A DNA stretch of 63,111 bases, filler included, from Octopus bimaculoides (taxonomy: Eukaryota), in NCBI RefSeq assembly GCF_001194135.2. It is 10 parts of 9 records of this genome, joined end to end, with 100 filler letters (N's around TTAATTAATTAA, not from the genome) between each part and the next. Parts side by side here need not be neighbours in the genome. Positions count along the whole stretch, not along the records: positions 37,192 to 45,050 come from NC_068991.1; positions 45,151 to 48,007 come from NC_068983.1; positions 48,108 to 56,810 come from NC_069007.1; 7 more parts are not named here. One strand, given 5' to 3'. The translations under genes were made by a program, and so were the position numbers. Below, piece by piece: positions 37,622 through 48,887 of the stretch. Position 1 is the first letter of the stretch. Every line of letters begins with the position of its first letter. The notes below the pieces were generated by a model, which saw only the letters and a program-made list of their open reading frames with translations, had not been told where the DNA came from and ran no database searches.

Positions 37622-39090
37622 TATATATATAAAAATGAGAATGTGTGTCTGTCTGTCTGTCTGTGTGAATCCCTAAAACTCGAGAACTACGCAACCAATT
37701 TCATTCAAATTTTACAGATGCCTTACTTAGGGTTCCAGTTGTGTTTTAGTCAAAAAATTTTAACTTCTTGCAGAGTTCGAGCCCACGGCAACATAATATC
37801 TCCTCCACTATTTAAGTATTACGTGTCAAAAGTGAAACAAAAACACTCATGTCAAATACTTTCACTTTAAAAATGAAACTATTCTACTAACTGAAACAAT
37901 CACATTTTGATACTGTAATGACAGATACTTTCAGAGAGAGAGAGAAAGAGAGAAAGANNNNNNNNNNNNNNNNNNNNNNNNNNNNNNNNNNNNNNNNNNN
38001 NNNNNNNNNNNNNNNNNNNNNNNNNNNNNNNNNNNNNNNNNNNNNNNNNNNNNNNNNNNNNNNNNNNNNNNNNNNNNNNNNNNNNNNNNNNNNNNNNNNN
38101 NNNNNNNNNNNNNNNNNNNNNNNNNNNNNNNNNNNNNNNNNNNNNNNNNNNNNNNNNNNNNNNNNNNNNNNNNNNNNNNNNNNNNNNNNNNNNNNNNNNN
38201 NNNNNNNNNNNNNNNNNNNNNNNNNNNNNNNNNNNNNNNNNNNNNNNNNNNNNNNNNNNNNNNNNNNNNNNNNNNNNNNNNNNNNNNNNNNNNNNNNNNN
38301 NNNNNNNNNNNNNNNNNNNNNNNNNNNNNNNNNNNNNNNNNNNNNNNNNNNNNNNNNNNNNNNNNNNNNNNNNNNNNNNNNNNNNNNNNNNNNNNNNNNN
38401 NNNNNNNNNNNNNNNNNNNNNNNNNNNNNNNNNNNNNNNNNNNNNNNNNNNNNNNNNNNNNNNNNNNNNNNNNNNNNNNNNNNNNNNNNNNNNNNNNNNN
38501 NNNNNNNNNNNNNNNNNNNNNNNNNNNNNNNNNNNNNNNNNNNNNNNNNNNNNNNNNNNNNNNNNNNNNNNNNNNNNNNNNNNNNNNNNNNNNNNNNNNN
38601 NNNNNNNNNNNNNNNNNNNNNNNNNNNNNNNNNNNNNNNNNNNNNNNNNNNNNNNNNNNNNNNNNNNNNNNNNNNNNNNNNNNNNNNNNNNNNNNNNNNN
38701 NNNNNNNNNNNNNNNNNNNNNNNNNNNNTTACATTGGGATTTCTGCAATGTGGTGCATAAATTGTCAAGTAAATGAGACGCATCTTTGCCTCCACTGATT
38801 CACTTGCAAAGTGTTGAGTAAAATTATTTCGTTGCAGACTTCCTTTGGGTCTTTTTATTATCACTGCGACACACATAGTCCCCAGTTGGTAACATTGATT
38901 TCAAGGCCCTCCTAGATGAGAGACTGGCATTCCACTTAATGTCTATGTTCCATGCTGGCATGGATTGGAGAGTTATTAATGTAGAAATATGGTATCGTAG
39001 CTACTAACAGTTGAGGGTTGCGTAGTCTAGACGGCGTTTTTAGATTTCATTATTCTCTTTAACCCGGGCAAAGCCGGGTATTTCTGCTAG
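37622..39090 (+). mobile_element. Non-autonomous Helitron-like element termini (interior gapped)
   Basis: 5' TCTATATATATAAAAATGAG plus (GTCT)n; 3' hairpin CCCGGGCAAAGCCGGG then CTAG|T at 39087-39091. That both ends belong to one copy is inferred. Confidence 0.6.
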
Positions 39091-39204
39091 TTAATAATAA
39101 ACATAAACATATTCATGAAGATAAACATACCTTAGATAAGAATAATCTATGGACTCAACTTACAAATAATACTATAAATACTGTTAACCCAGTTAATAGC
39201 TTAC

Positions 39205-39329
39205 ACAATAACTATATATTGAAGAAAAAAACCCACCATACAAATAGCGTAGTAGAAATGAAAAAGTTAGACATGATATTGACAATAGCAATATAAACAT
39301 ACGTATGTTACATTCTAAGCCTACTAAGC
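39205..39329 (-). CDS. Candidate transmembrane exon, (G)LVGLECNIRMFILLLSISCLTFSFLLRYLYGGFFSSIYSYC
   Basis: Acceptor ACTTTCTTTAG with an in-frame stop just upstream, donor TGT|GTAAGC, 125 nt open. T-rich DNA can mimic hydrophobic peptides. Confidence 0.3.
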
Positions 39330-39829
39330 CTAAAGAAAGTTATGACAATAATCAGAAAAATATAAAAATATATCCCTAAAAAGGGATAAAAGTGTTACAT
39401 ATAACTATCACTTCTATTCTGTCATCTGTATCTAATTTGTTAGCTAAAACTTTGGCTTCACTGTTAATATTATCATAAACTTGCAGGTCAACCATTATAT
39501 ATTTCTATGTAATGCTATTGCTTAACAACTGCTTGCACATTATTGTCATTTTCATATAAGTTTGTAATGTCATCAGATAACAATAAGACTTATTCTGACT
39601 CACAGAGTATAATACCTGAATATTTTATAATAAATAAATTTAAATGAGAAGCAATTAAAGAGTAAATTTTTTCCACTTTCCATAGTATTTTAAACAATCC
39701 ACTGTCTTTTTAAGGTATGAATTTTAGATGTTTAATTATAATTAATACAGTGTCTCTATATATATTAGCTATTGAATGGCTAATGAAAAAAAGTAGTAAT
39801 TAAAAGCGATGGACACATAAAAGGTGCAG

Positions 39830-40940
39830 CAATATCAAAGGAAGGTTAACCGGGAAGATAGTTTTTGTGTGTGGCAGATGCACAGGAGCAATAAACACTG
39901 AAGATGTACAGAAAACAGATTCTATCACATGCCAGAGGGAAAAAACTAGAAGTAGTTGCTAGCTTCCAATACCTAGGCAACCATGTCTGTAGTGGGGTGG
40001 GTGTGGTTGCTCTGAGAGTGTAGCAACTAGAATAAGAATAGCCTGGGCAACTTTTAGGGAGCTCCTACCTCTACTGGCAACTAAGGGCTTCTCGCTCAGG
40101 ATTAAAGGTAGACTGTATGATGCATGTGTGCGAACTGGTATGCCACACGGCAGTGAAACATGGGCCGTGACTGTTGAGGAGATGTGTAGGCTATAAAGAA
40201 ATGAGGCTGGTAAGATCTGCTGGATGTGTAATACCTGTGTGCATACACGACAGAATGTGAGTGCCTCGAGAGAAAAGTTGGACATCAAATGTGGTGTGCA
40301 AGAGAGACGACTGCACTGGTATGGTCATGTGTTACATATGGATAAGGACAGTTGTGTGAGGAAGTGTCACATCCTAACTGTGGAAGGAACCTGTAGAAGA
40401 GGTAGATCCAGGAAGACATGGGATGAGGTAGTGAAGCATGACCTTCGAACATTGGGCCTCACAGAGGTAATGACAGGAGATTGAGACCTTTGGAGATATG
40501 CTGTGACTGAGAAGACCTGGCAACTAAAGTGAGATCGCAGCTATGGCCGATGCCAGTGTTGCATGTCCAGCCCATTTAAGAGTACTCTTGATGTGTTGGG
40601 CGATATGATATGCTTGAGAAGACTTGTTGAGGCAAGTAAAACCAAAATCGTAGCTGTGGCCAATAGCCCCCTGACTGGCTCCCGTGCCGGTGGCACGTAA
40701 ATAGCACTATCCGAACGTGACCGATGCCAGGCCCGCCTGACTGGCTCCTGTGCCGGTGGCACGTAAAAAGCACCCACTATACTCTCAGAGTGGTTGGCGT
40801 TAGGAAAGGCATCCAACTGTAGAAACATTGCCAGATCAAACTGGAGCCTGGTGCAGCTGCTGGCTCTCCAGACCTCAGTAGTCAAACCGTCCAACCCATG
40901 CCAGCATGGAAAACAGACATTAAATGATGATGATGATGAC
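39830..40940 (+). mobile_element. 3' portion of an RTE-clade LINE with 3'UTR and (GAT)n tail
   Basis: IAWATFRELLPLL..KGRLYDACVR..HGSETWAV..RRLHWYGHV..RGRSRKTWDEVV; tail ...CCCATGCCAGCATGGAAAACAGACATTAAATGATGATG. Confidence 0.9.
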
Positions 40941-40945
40941 AATAT

Positions 40946-40979
<34 letters not shown>

Positions 40980-40996
<17 letters not shown>

Positions 40997-41325
40997 CTAT
41001 GGGCGTCTTTCAGTTTCTGTCTACCAAATCCACTCAAAAGCTTTAGTTGGCTTTAGGCTATATTAGGAGACACTTGCCCAAGGTGTCACGCAATGGGACT
41101 GAACCCGAAAACATGTGGCTGGGAAGGAAGCTTCTTAAGGCTAGCAATTTCAGGGGAGATGGGTAAGTTGATAATACCGACACCGATCTTCAACTGGTAC
41201 TTATTTTTTCAACTCTGAAAGAATGAAAGGCAAAGTCAACCTCAGTGAAATTTGAACAAAGAACGTAAAGCCAGATGAAATGCCTCTCACCATTTTCCAA
41301 GCAATTCTGCCAGCCTGCTGCCTTA
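40980..41325 (-). mobile_element. Adjacent SINE family A 5' half (40980-41130) and family B copy (41135-41325)
   Basis: Reverse-complement homology to both families. Confidence 0.8.
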
Positions 41326-41599
41326 GTGTTCATAATATATTGATTTGTTGCGTGGTCTTAAAATGTGTATGAGTATGTGTAAGTAGATGAAACCAACCCT
41401 AGTTTGTGTTTGGTTTCTCATTTTTATCCCATCAGATGAAGAGCAAAGTCAAGTCTGGTTAAGTGTGACAAGCTGAGGAACAATGAAAGAAAACATGGTA
41501 AAGTGCGTTGCTTCACTGTCATTCTTATACCTTCAAAAGTAGAATGAAACAACCATCTAAGAATTATTAAAGTGCTTCAAGAATTACCAAAGTACTCAC

Positions 41600-41733
41600 T
41601 GGGTTTGTGATTGTCATGCAAATTCCAGGGGTCTCTGGACAGTCAAACAATGATTTCCCTTGTCCAGGTGCAAGAATGTTTAGGTGCTGGTTAAAGTTGG
41701 TCTTGATTTCACTTGCAGTAAATCTGACAAACT
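41600..41733 (-). CDS. Candidate internal exon, (E)FVRFTASEIKTNFNQHLNILAPGQGKSLFDCPETPGICMTITNP; product not recognised
   Basis: Acceptor ACTTTTTCAAAAG, donor CCA|GTGAGT, 44 open codons, non-repetitive and less AT-rich than its flanks. Confidence 0.4.
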
Positions 41734-41865
41734 CTTTTGAAAAAGTTCAGTTTCAAATTACATTTGTAGGTGACATTTTGTGAAGGCAGTGAAAGTTAAG
41801 AGGACATACTGCTTGGATGGCACAGTTGCTGGCTCTATTAGTTTGGCTATTAGGGTTATTAGTTT

Positions 41866-42175
41866 GTGATTTAAGGGAGATCTGGCTGTTGTTTCTAGTA
41901 CCTCCCCAGATCTCCCTCGTTTCTTTCTCACTCTCAAATCTATTGATGTTTTTCAATATTTTCTCCCCATAAACACACTTTATGGAACGATGATGCCGTT
42001 GTAACACGCACGGTCCATTGCTGGGATATAAGCAAAACAAAAACAAAAACAAAACAAAAAAAACATGGTAATTAAAATTTTTATCGGTACCCCAGCCAAT
42101 CGTGGCCGTGTAATAAACGAGGTGGGAGGTCTGGGTGTGTGTTAAAAACAACAGCCAGACCTCCCTGAAATCACA
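41866..42175. repeat. ~310-bp unit with ~30-bp terminal inverted repeats; partial direct copy at ~44926-45050
   Basis: GTGATTTAAGGGAGATCTGGCTGTTGTTT vs AAACAACAGCCAGACCTCCCTGAAATCAC. Confidence 0.6.
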
Positions 42176-42789
42176 CTTTTACTTATGAAAATATTAACTT
42201 CTTTTAACCGAAAAGGTTTCTTCCATGGGTCGTATGTACGTTGTGCAAAAAAAAAAAAAAAGAAAGAAAACAGTTCGGACTAGCGTGGTGAGGGGATGAT
42301 GAAAATGAAAAACAAATCAAATTTTCAAAATTGCTTTTTTTTCCCATAAAACAATGCCCCTCGTCATTCTGAAGGCTGTGGTGAAAAAAAAATTGGAACA
42401 AATCCCTGTCAAAACGGAGAAATTCCAATTTATGTGGGCCGTCTGATCCGAAACTCCGCTTTTCAGAAACTCCTCCGCGAAACCCTTTGCAAAAGAAATT
42501 TTGCCAACAAATTTTTGTAATCGTAATCTATGCCGTTTGAAAGGTATTTGTATGAAATTTCATTAAAAGATACCCATTTTCCTGAAAGTTACGAGGGGGA
42601 AAATGTTGGGTCGTGTGAATTTTCCGCAACTCCTCTCCCCAACCCCTCGGGAAAACTTTTTGCAATAAATCTCTACAATCTGCAGGATCTAAGCGGTAAT
42701 GTTGAAAACTTCGTTAAAAAGTATCAGTCTTTTTGGAAGTTATGAGGCAACAAAGTCGAAGTGGGGTACACATCTGTAGTTATGCCTAT

Positions 42790-43650
42790 ATAAGAAGTCT
42801 GATCAATAAGTATCCATCTAACCGACCATAAACCGCTGGTTTATACATTCAACGCCAAGCCTGATCGTCACTCACCCAGGGAAGCCCGACATCTAGACTT
42901 CATATCCCAGTACACGACTGACAATCGACACAAGGGTACGACCAACTCAGCAACTGATGCCCTGTCACGCATGGAGCTTAATGCAATCCACACCACTGTT
43001 ACTATTGATCTCCAGTGGATTGCTGCTGATCAACAAGATGACGAAGCACTGCTAAAGCTCCGGAATTCGTCTTTACTGAAATTCCGACAATTCTCGATAC
43101 CCTCTGCTACAAGCTATATTTGGTGCGACATCTCCACCAGCCATGAAGCCCATACGCGCCGCGATGTTTTCTCTGCATTGTATTCCTGGTGTCCGCGTCA
43201 CACAAAAGCTGATATCGACCCGTTTGTGTGATCCAGCATTAATAAGGACACCCGTGAATGGGCTAGGAGCTGTGTCGCGTGCCAAAAAGCAGATTCACCG
43301 ACACAGTAAATCTCCTATCGGTTCATTTGCAACAGCTGATTCACGTTTCCTATTTCTTTACTGCCCACAAGGGGCTACACACAGAGGGGACAAACAAGGA
43401 CAGACAAACGGTTTAAGTCGATTATATCGACTTCAATGCATAACTGGTACTTATTGAATCGACCCCGAAAGGATGGAAGGCAAAGTCGACCTCGGCGGAA
43501 TTTGAACTCAGAACGTAGCAGCAGACGAAATGCCGCCAAGCATTTCGCCCGGCGTGCTAACGTTTCTGCCAACTCGCTGCCTTATTCACGTTTCCTTATT
43601 CTTTATTCAGCTGATTCACGTTTCCAGCATGTGCAGATAAACATCCTTCT
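42790..43650 (+). mobile_element. Gypsy/Ty3 pol fragment (RNase H-like to integrase), interrupted by a SINE
   Basis: LTDHKPLVYTF..RHLDFISQY..DALSR..PGVRVTQKLISTR..HRHSKSPIGSF..DSRFQHVQI, with frameshifts. Confidence 0.85.
43351..43607 (-). mobile_element. SINE family B inserted in the Gypsy fragment with an 18-bp TSD
   Basis: CAGCTGATTCACGTTTCC at 43333-43350 and 43608-43625. Confidence 0.9.
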
Positions 43651-45150
43651 CACAACTGCACTCACCTTCTCTAATGCGCTATTTCTAGCAGGTGGAGATA
43701 ACATTTAAAAGTTTGTGTGGAAATCAGCACAAACAATATGAAATGAAATGAAGGTTGCGGATTGGCTAAAATTAAATTATTTTAAATGTTTGTAACTTCT
43801 TTATTATTAATTTTTAGAAACAAATGAATGCAATTTTCATCATCAGCATGTAAAAGAAAATGAGATCTGTATGTTTTAAGAATATTCTGATGAAAATTTG
43901 AAAAAGTTAAACTTGTAACAATAAAGTAAACAATAACGTCATTCTGTGACACCTTTTACTTGGAGAAAGCTTACGAAGGAGATATAAAAGGATCTGCCTA
44001 TTTTCAGTACTTCTAATATACAGGTAATTTATTATTAAGCAAGAGCTATTTAAGAACGTGTGTATGTGCTTATTTAAAAATGAGATAAAATGTTGAAAAA
44101 TTAGAATCAGTTACAATTTATCTACACAAGTGTGTCACACCCTGGTCACACAAAAGCTGATATCGACCCTCAATGGTCAGAAAAAATGATATTTCTTTTC
44201 TTATGAAGGTTTCTGAAAAACGTTTCAGATGGTATAGATTTGATTTGTAGTGAAATTTGTTATGGAAAAAAATGTTCCGAGGGTGGAAAGAGGAGTTCGG
44301 AAAAGTCATATGTATTCGTATAAATTCATATATATTGGTTTAACTGCAAATATAGTTGTCGGCTTACTTATGAAGATAACTAGTTGACTGTTTTGACCAG
44401 GACGCCCTATATACACTGGCTCGGGAACGAAATTTACTTAGAAAGTGCAAACCCAGACCCAAAAAGTTTTACAAATACGGTTATGTTTTTTTTTGTCTTT
44501 TTAAAAAAATCTATTTATGTTCTTTGTCCTTTTAGAAAAAAAACTAATTTCTAGCTACTTTTTATAAATCACTTTTTACTCTCTGTTTTCTAAACCCGAG
44601 ACAAGTAAGTAGAGGTGCAAAATTCCCCACAAAAGTTTTAGGGACTGTACCTGTACCTGTACTCCTTGCACCCCTGTTCCCGAGCCCATGCCCATGTAAG
44701 TTGGATTTTCTCCGTTCTGACGGGGAGTTTTCCCATTCTTTTTTTTTTTTTCCATCACGGTCTTCAAAGTGATGATGCACATATTTTTATGAAAAAAAAA
44801 TTTTTGAAAATTAAAATTTTTTTTCACCTCACCACCTTGATCAGTTGGGTGGATGGGGCGTACACTACCACGGGAGAAACTTTTACGGTAAAAAAAAATT
44901 AGATATATATTTTCAGGCGAAATGGGATTTAGGGGAGATTTGGCTGTTGTTTCTAGCAGATCCTACGACCACCTTACTCGTTTCCTTGTGATCCTCACAT
45001 GTATTGATATTTTCCAATATCTTTCTCCCCATAAACCCATTTTATGGTTTNNNNNNNNNNNNNNNNNNNNNNNNNNNNNNNNNNNNNNNNNNNNTTAATT
45101 AATTAANNNNNNNNNNNNNNNNNNNNNNNNNNNNNNNNNNNNNNNNNNNN

Positions 45151-45404
45151 CCAGTTCTTGGTAGAGTTTTTTGGGGTTGGATTTGAACTGTTTGTTTTGT
45201 TCAAAGAAACGTTGGCGTTTCTCATACCGGCGGATCCTTTGTGCTTTGGCAAGGATGTCTTGCTTTAGTTTTTCTTTTGCCTCAGGTAAGTCTTTTTCTG
45301 TAATGCTGTATTTGTACAGTATTTTTGTTTTCTTCTTGTTACTTAGTTGTGTTGATTGTTTACTAATTTCGTTGAGAATCGATAAATCTTTTCTCTTTTT
45401 TTTA

Positions 45405-45410
<6 letters not shown>
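45151..45410 (-). mobile_element. R4/Dong-like LINE fragment (region N-terminal of RT)
   Basis: Reverse complement: KDLPEAKEKLKQDILAKAQRIRRYEKRQRFFEQNKQFKSNPKKLYQEL, open frame. Confidence 0.6.
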
Positions 45411-45431
<21 letters not shown>

Positions 45432-45440
<9 letters not shown>

Positions 45441-46020
45441 CAAGGCGGTGAGCTGGCAGAATTGTTAACACGCTAGGCCAAAATACTTAGCCGCATTTCA
45501 TCCGTCTTTACATTCTGAGTTCAAATTCCACTGAGGTCAGCTTCGCTTTTCTTCTTTCCAGGGTTGATAAAATAAGTACCGGTTAAACACAGAGGCCAAC
45601 AATGTAATCCACTTATCCCCCAAAAATGGTAGCCTTGTGCCAAAATTTGAAATTTATAATTATTATTATTATTATGAGGAAAGCAGTGAGCTGGCAGAAT
45701 TGTTAGCATGCTAGACAAAATGCTTAGTGGTTTTTCTTCCAGTTTTATGTTCTGCATTCAAATGATGCTATGGCTGACATTACCCTTCATCCTTTATGAT
45801 AAGTACCGGTTAAGCATGAAGGGGAGGGCATTGGGGTAATTGACTAACCCCTCCTGTAAGTCAATTACATGCAACCCCTGCCAATGCTTAACTGGTACTT
45901 GTGTTAAAGGACGAAAGGTTAAGTCAACCTCGGCAACATTTAAACTTAGAATGTAAAACCAGAAAAAATGCCAATTAACATTTTGTCCAGCATGCTATAA
46001 TTCTGCCAGCTCACTGCCTT
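45432..46020. mobile_element. Three SINE family B copies (+, +, -)
   Basis: Heads GGCGGTGAGCTGGCAG (~45434) and GCAGTGAGCTGGCAG (~45682); reverse copy ends CTGCCAGCTCACTGCC (~46018). Confidence 0.8.
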
Positions 46021-46391
46021 ACTTATTAACTTATACATTTTTATGTCTGGATATTCTTAATTGTAACCATTCAGCTATTTCGTATAAATAGAATAATTTC
46101 AAACCATTATCAATAAGTCACTGACTTGTCATGCATTTGTGTTTAATTTGTAAACAAATGACAAGCACCATAGAATTAATTTAGGCTTCCTGTTTACCAA
46201 ATCTATGATCTAATTCCAAGTCTTTGTTTTGGTTAAAATTTATTTATTTCTTAAATTTCAACAGGTAAGTATAAATATTGTAAAACTTGCTTCCTCCCAA
46301 CTCTTAAACCAATATTCCTGATTACACTTTAACAGGAAATTCTGAAAGTTGAAACATTGTAGGGGATTAATTTATGTCTTTATACATGATG

Positions 46392-46440
<49 letters not shown>

Positions 46441-46614
46441 TTATTCTCTTGCTACTCTGGGGTTTTGGCTGTGATCACAGAGTCTTTCCTGTGAACACAC
46501 ATGTGAAACAATGGAGGAACAAAAGATTGACTCAACCAAAATAAAAATATTGTTTACTGTGGTACTGAGTACTACATGTGTATGCTTGTGTGTGTGTAAA
46601 TACATATATATATA

Positions 46615-46830
46615 TGAAGGGGTGCTGAAAAGTTCCTGGTTTTAGGTAAAAGAAAATATAGGAAGTTGGTTAATTATGATTTTATTCAAAATATCCCCCT
46701 TTCAGATTCACACACTTATTGTAGCAGTTCTTCAGTTTTTCTTAGTCCTGTAAAAGAACTCAGAAGGTTAGGCCTCCAACCAGGTCTTTTGCATTACCCT
46801 TAAAAACAGGAACTTTTCAGCACCCCCTCG
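46615..46830 (-). mobile_element. Mariner-derived MITE, TA-flanked
   Basis: TIRs TGAAGGGGTGCTGAAAAGTTCCTG / CAGGAACTTTTCAGCACCCCCTCG; inverted sister of 25014-25230. Confidence 0.85.
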
Positions 46831-47312
46831 TATATATATATATATATATNNNNNNNNNNNNNNNNNNNNNNNNNNNNNNNNNNNNNNNNNNNNNNNNNNN
46901 NNNNNNNNNNNNNNNNNNNNNNNNNNNNNNNNNNNNNNNNNNNNNNNNNNNNNNNNNNNNNNNNNNNNNNNNNNNNNNNNNNNNNNNNNNNNNNNNNNNN
47001 NNNNNNNNNNNNNNNNNNNNNNNNNNNNNNNNNNNNNNNNNNNNNNNNNNNNNNNNNNNNNNNNNNNNNNNNNNNNNNNNNNNNNNNNNNNNNNNNNNNN
47101 NNNNNNNNNNNNNNNNNNNNNNNNNNNNNNNNNNNNNNNNNNNNNNNNNNNNNNNNNNNNNNNNNNNNNNNNNNNNNNNNNNNNNNNNNNNNNNNNNNNN
47201 NNNNNNNNNNNNNNNNNNNNNNNNNNNNNNNNNNNNNNNNNNNNNNNNNNNNNNNNNNNNNNNNNNNNNNNNNNNNNNNNNNNNNNNNNNNNNNNNNNNN
47301 NNNNNNNNNNNN

Positions 47313-47452
47313 TAACAGGAGATTGAGTTGGTGTTAAATCTTTATTAGGTACAACATATGTTTCATCCCATCAGTCTGAGTCTCATCAGACTGATGGGTC
47401 AAAACATATGTTGTACCCAATAAAGATTTAATACCGAATCCATCTCCTGTTA
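47313..47452. repeat. ~140-bp imperfect palindrome
   Basis: TAACAGGAGAT...CCCATCAGTCTGA vs TCAGACTGATGGG...ATCTCCTGTTA. Confidence 0.9.
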
Positions 47453-47483
47453 ATTAATATTATTACCCTATCTGCCACTGCAG

Positions 47484-47765
47484 TGGAGGCACGTGGCCTA
47501 GTGGTTTGAGCAGCAGACTCGCAGTCAAGGGATCGCAGGTTCGAATCTCAGACTGGGTGATGTGTGTGCTTGTGAGCAAAACAACTAAGCTCAATGCAGC
47601 TCCAACAGAAGATAACAGTGAACTTCTGCTGACTCTTTCCTCCTGCGTCTAGCAGCTCACCTGTGATGGACTGGCATCCCGTTCAGGTGGGGAACCTATA
47701 TGCTAATAAAACTGAGAAACCAGCCCTTATGAGCCAGGCATGACTCGAGAAGGAACAAATAACAA
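47484..47765 (+). mobile_element. tRNA-derived SINE with V-domain-like core
   Basis: GGAGGCACGTGGCCTAGTGG head, GGTTCGAATC B box, CCTGTGATGGACTGGCATCCCGTTCAGG. Confidence 0.75.
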
Positions 47766-47953
47766 CTGCCACTGTGGAGTTCCTGAAATAGATCCAACAG
47801 AAGTCTACCACAACTGCAGATGACAACAGGTAGCCTAAACTGTGCCAGTGTTCTACTCAATATTTAAACACACTAATCAACTTATACTTATCTGTCCAAA
47901 TTATTTATTATTGCTATATATATGTGTGTGTGTGTGTGTGTGTATGACGACGA

Positions 47954-48007
<54 letters not shown>

Positions 48008-48269
48008 NNNNNNNNNNNNNNNNNNNNNNNNNNNNNNNNNNNNNNNNNNNNTTAATTAATTAANNNNNNNNNNNNNNNNNNNNNNNNNNNNNNNNNNNNN
48101 NNNNNNNACAGGTGTATAAACAACAAACAGGTGTATTAGTTTGACGCTCGGGAAGGTGAGAAAGTATTTTACGTTTCGAGCCTACGCTCTTCAGCAGAAA
48201 GGAACACGAAGAAATAAACAGAGAGAGGATTTAAAAAAAAAAACTTGTGGAGTTAGCGGTACGCATGTC

Positions 48270-48640
48270 ATCGTGGTACTCCGTCGGTTACGACGACGAG
48301 GGTTCCAGCTGATCCGATCAATGAAATAGCCTCCTCGTGAAATTAATGTGCAAGTGGATGAGCACTCCAATGACACGTGTACCCTTAACGTAGTTTCACA
48401 GGAGAGATTCAGGGTGACACAGAGTGTGACAAGGCTGGCCCCTTTCAAATACAGGTACAACAGTAACAGGAAGAAAGAAAGTTGTGGTGAAAGACTACAG
48501 CAGGGTTCGCTACCACCCCCTACTGTAGCCTCGTGGAGCTTTAAGTGTTTTCGCTCAATAAACACTCTCAACGAACGGTCTGGGAACGGAAACCACGATC
48601 CTACGACTGCGAGTTCGCTGCCTTAACCACTGGGCCATTG
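48270..48640 (-). mobile_element. SINE family C
   Basis: Reverse complement matches the 55296 copy. Confidence 0.9.
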
Positions 48641-48824
48641 TACCTTCACTGTACGCATATAAATATATATACATATATCCACATACGCGCGCGCACACAC
48701 ACATACATACACACAAACGTCATAAGTGATGGATCCTTGATGTAATTGCAGCGACTAGAATGCATAACTGCATACAGAGCAATGTGCAGAGTTACTGTAG
48801 TAAAAACATATCTTGGTCGTTGTT

Positions 48825-48887
<63 letters not shown>

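Noticed and set aside
40670-40770. Repeat-spacer-like CTGGCTCC(C/T)GTGCCGGTGGCACGTAAA x2 as a CRISPR array
   Set aside because: Only two units, inside an RTE 3'UTR in a eukaryotic sequence, with no cas genes.
41436-41497. Plus-strand AG/GT-bounded segment ending MKENM
   Set aside because: All three frames from the acceptor hit stops, and it has no supporting partner exon.
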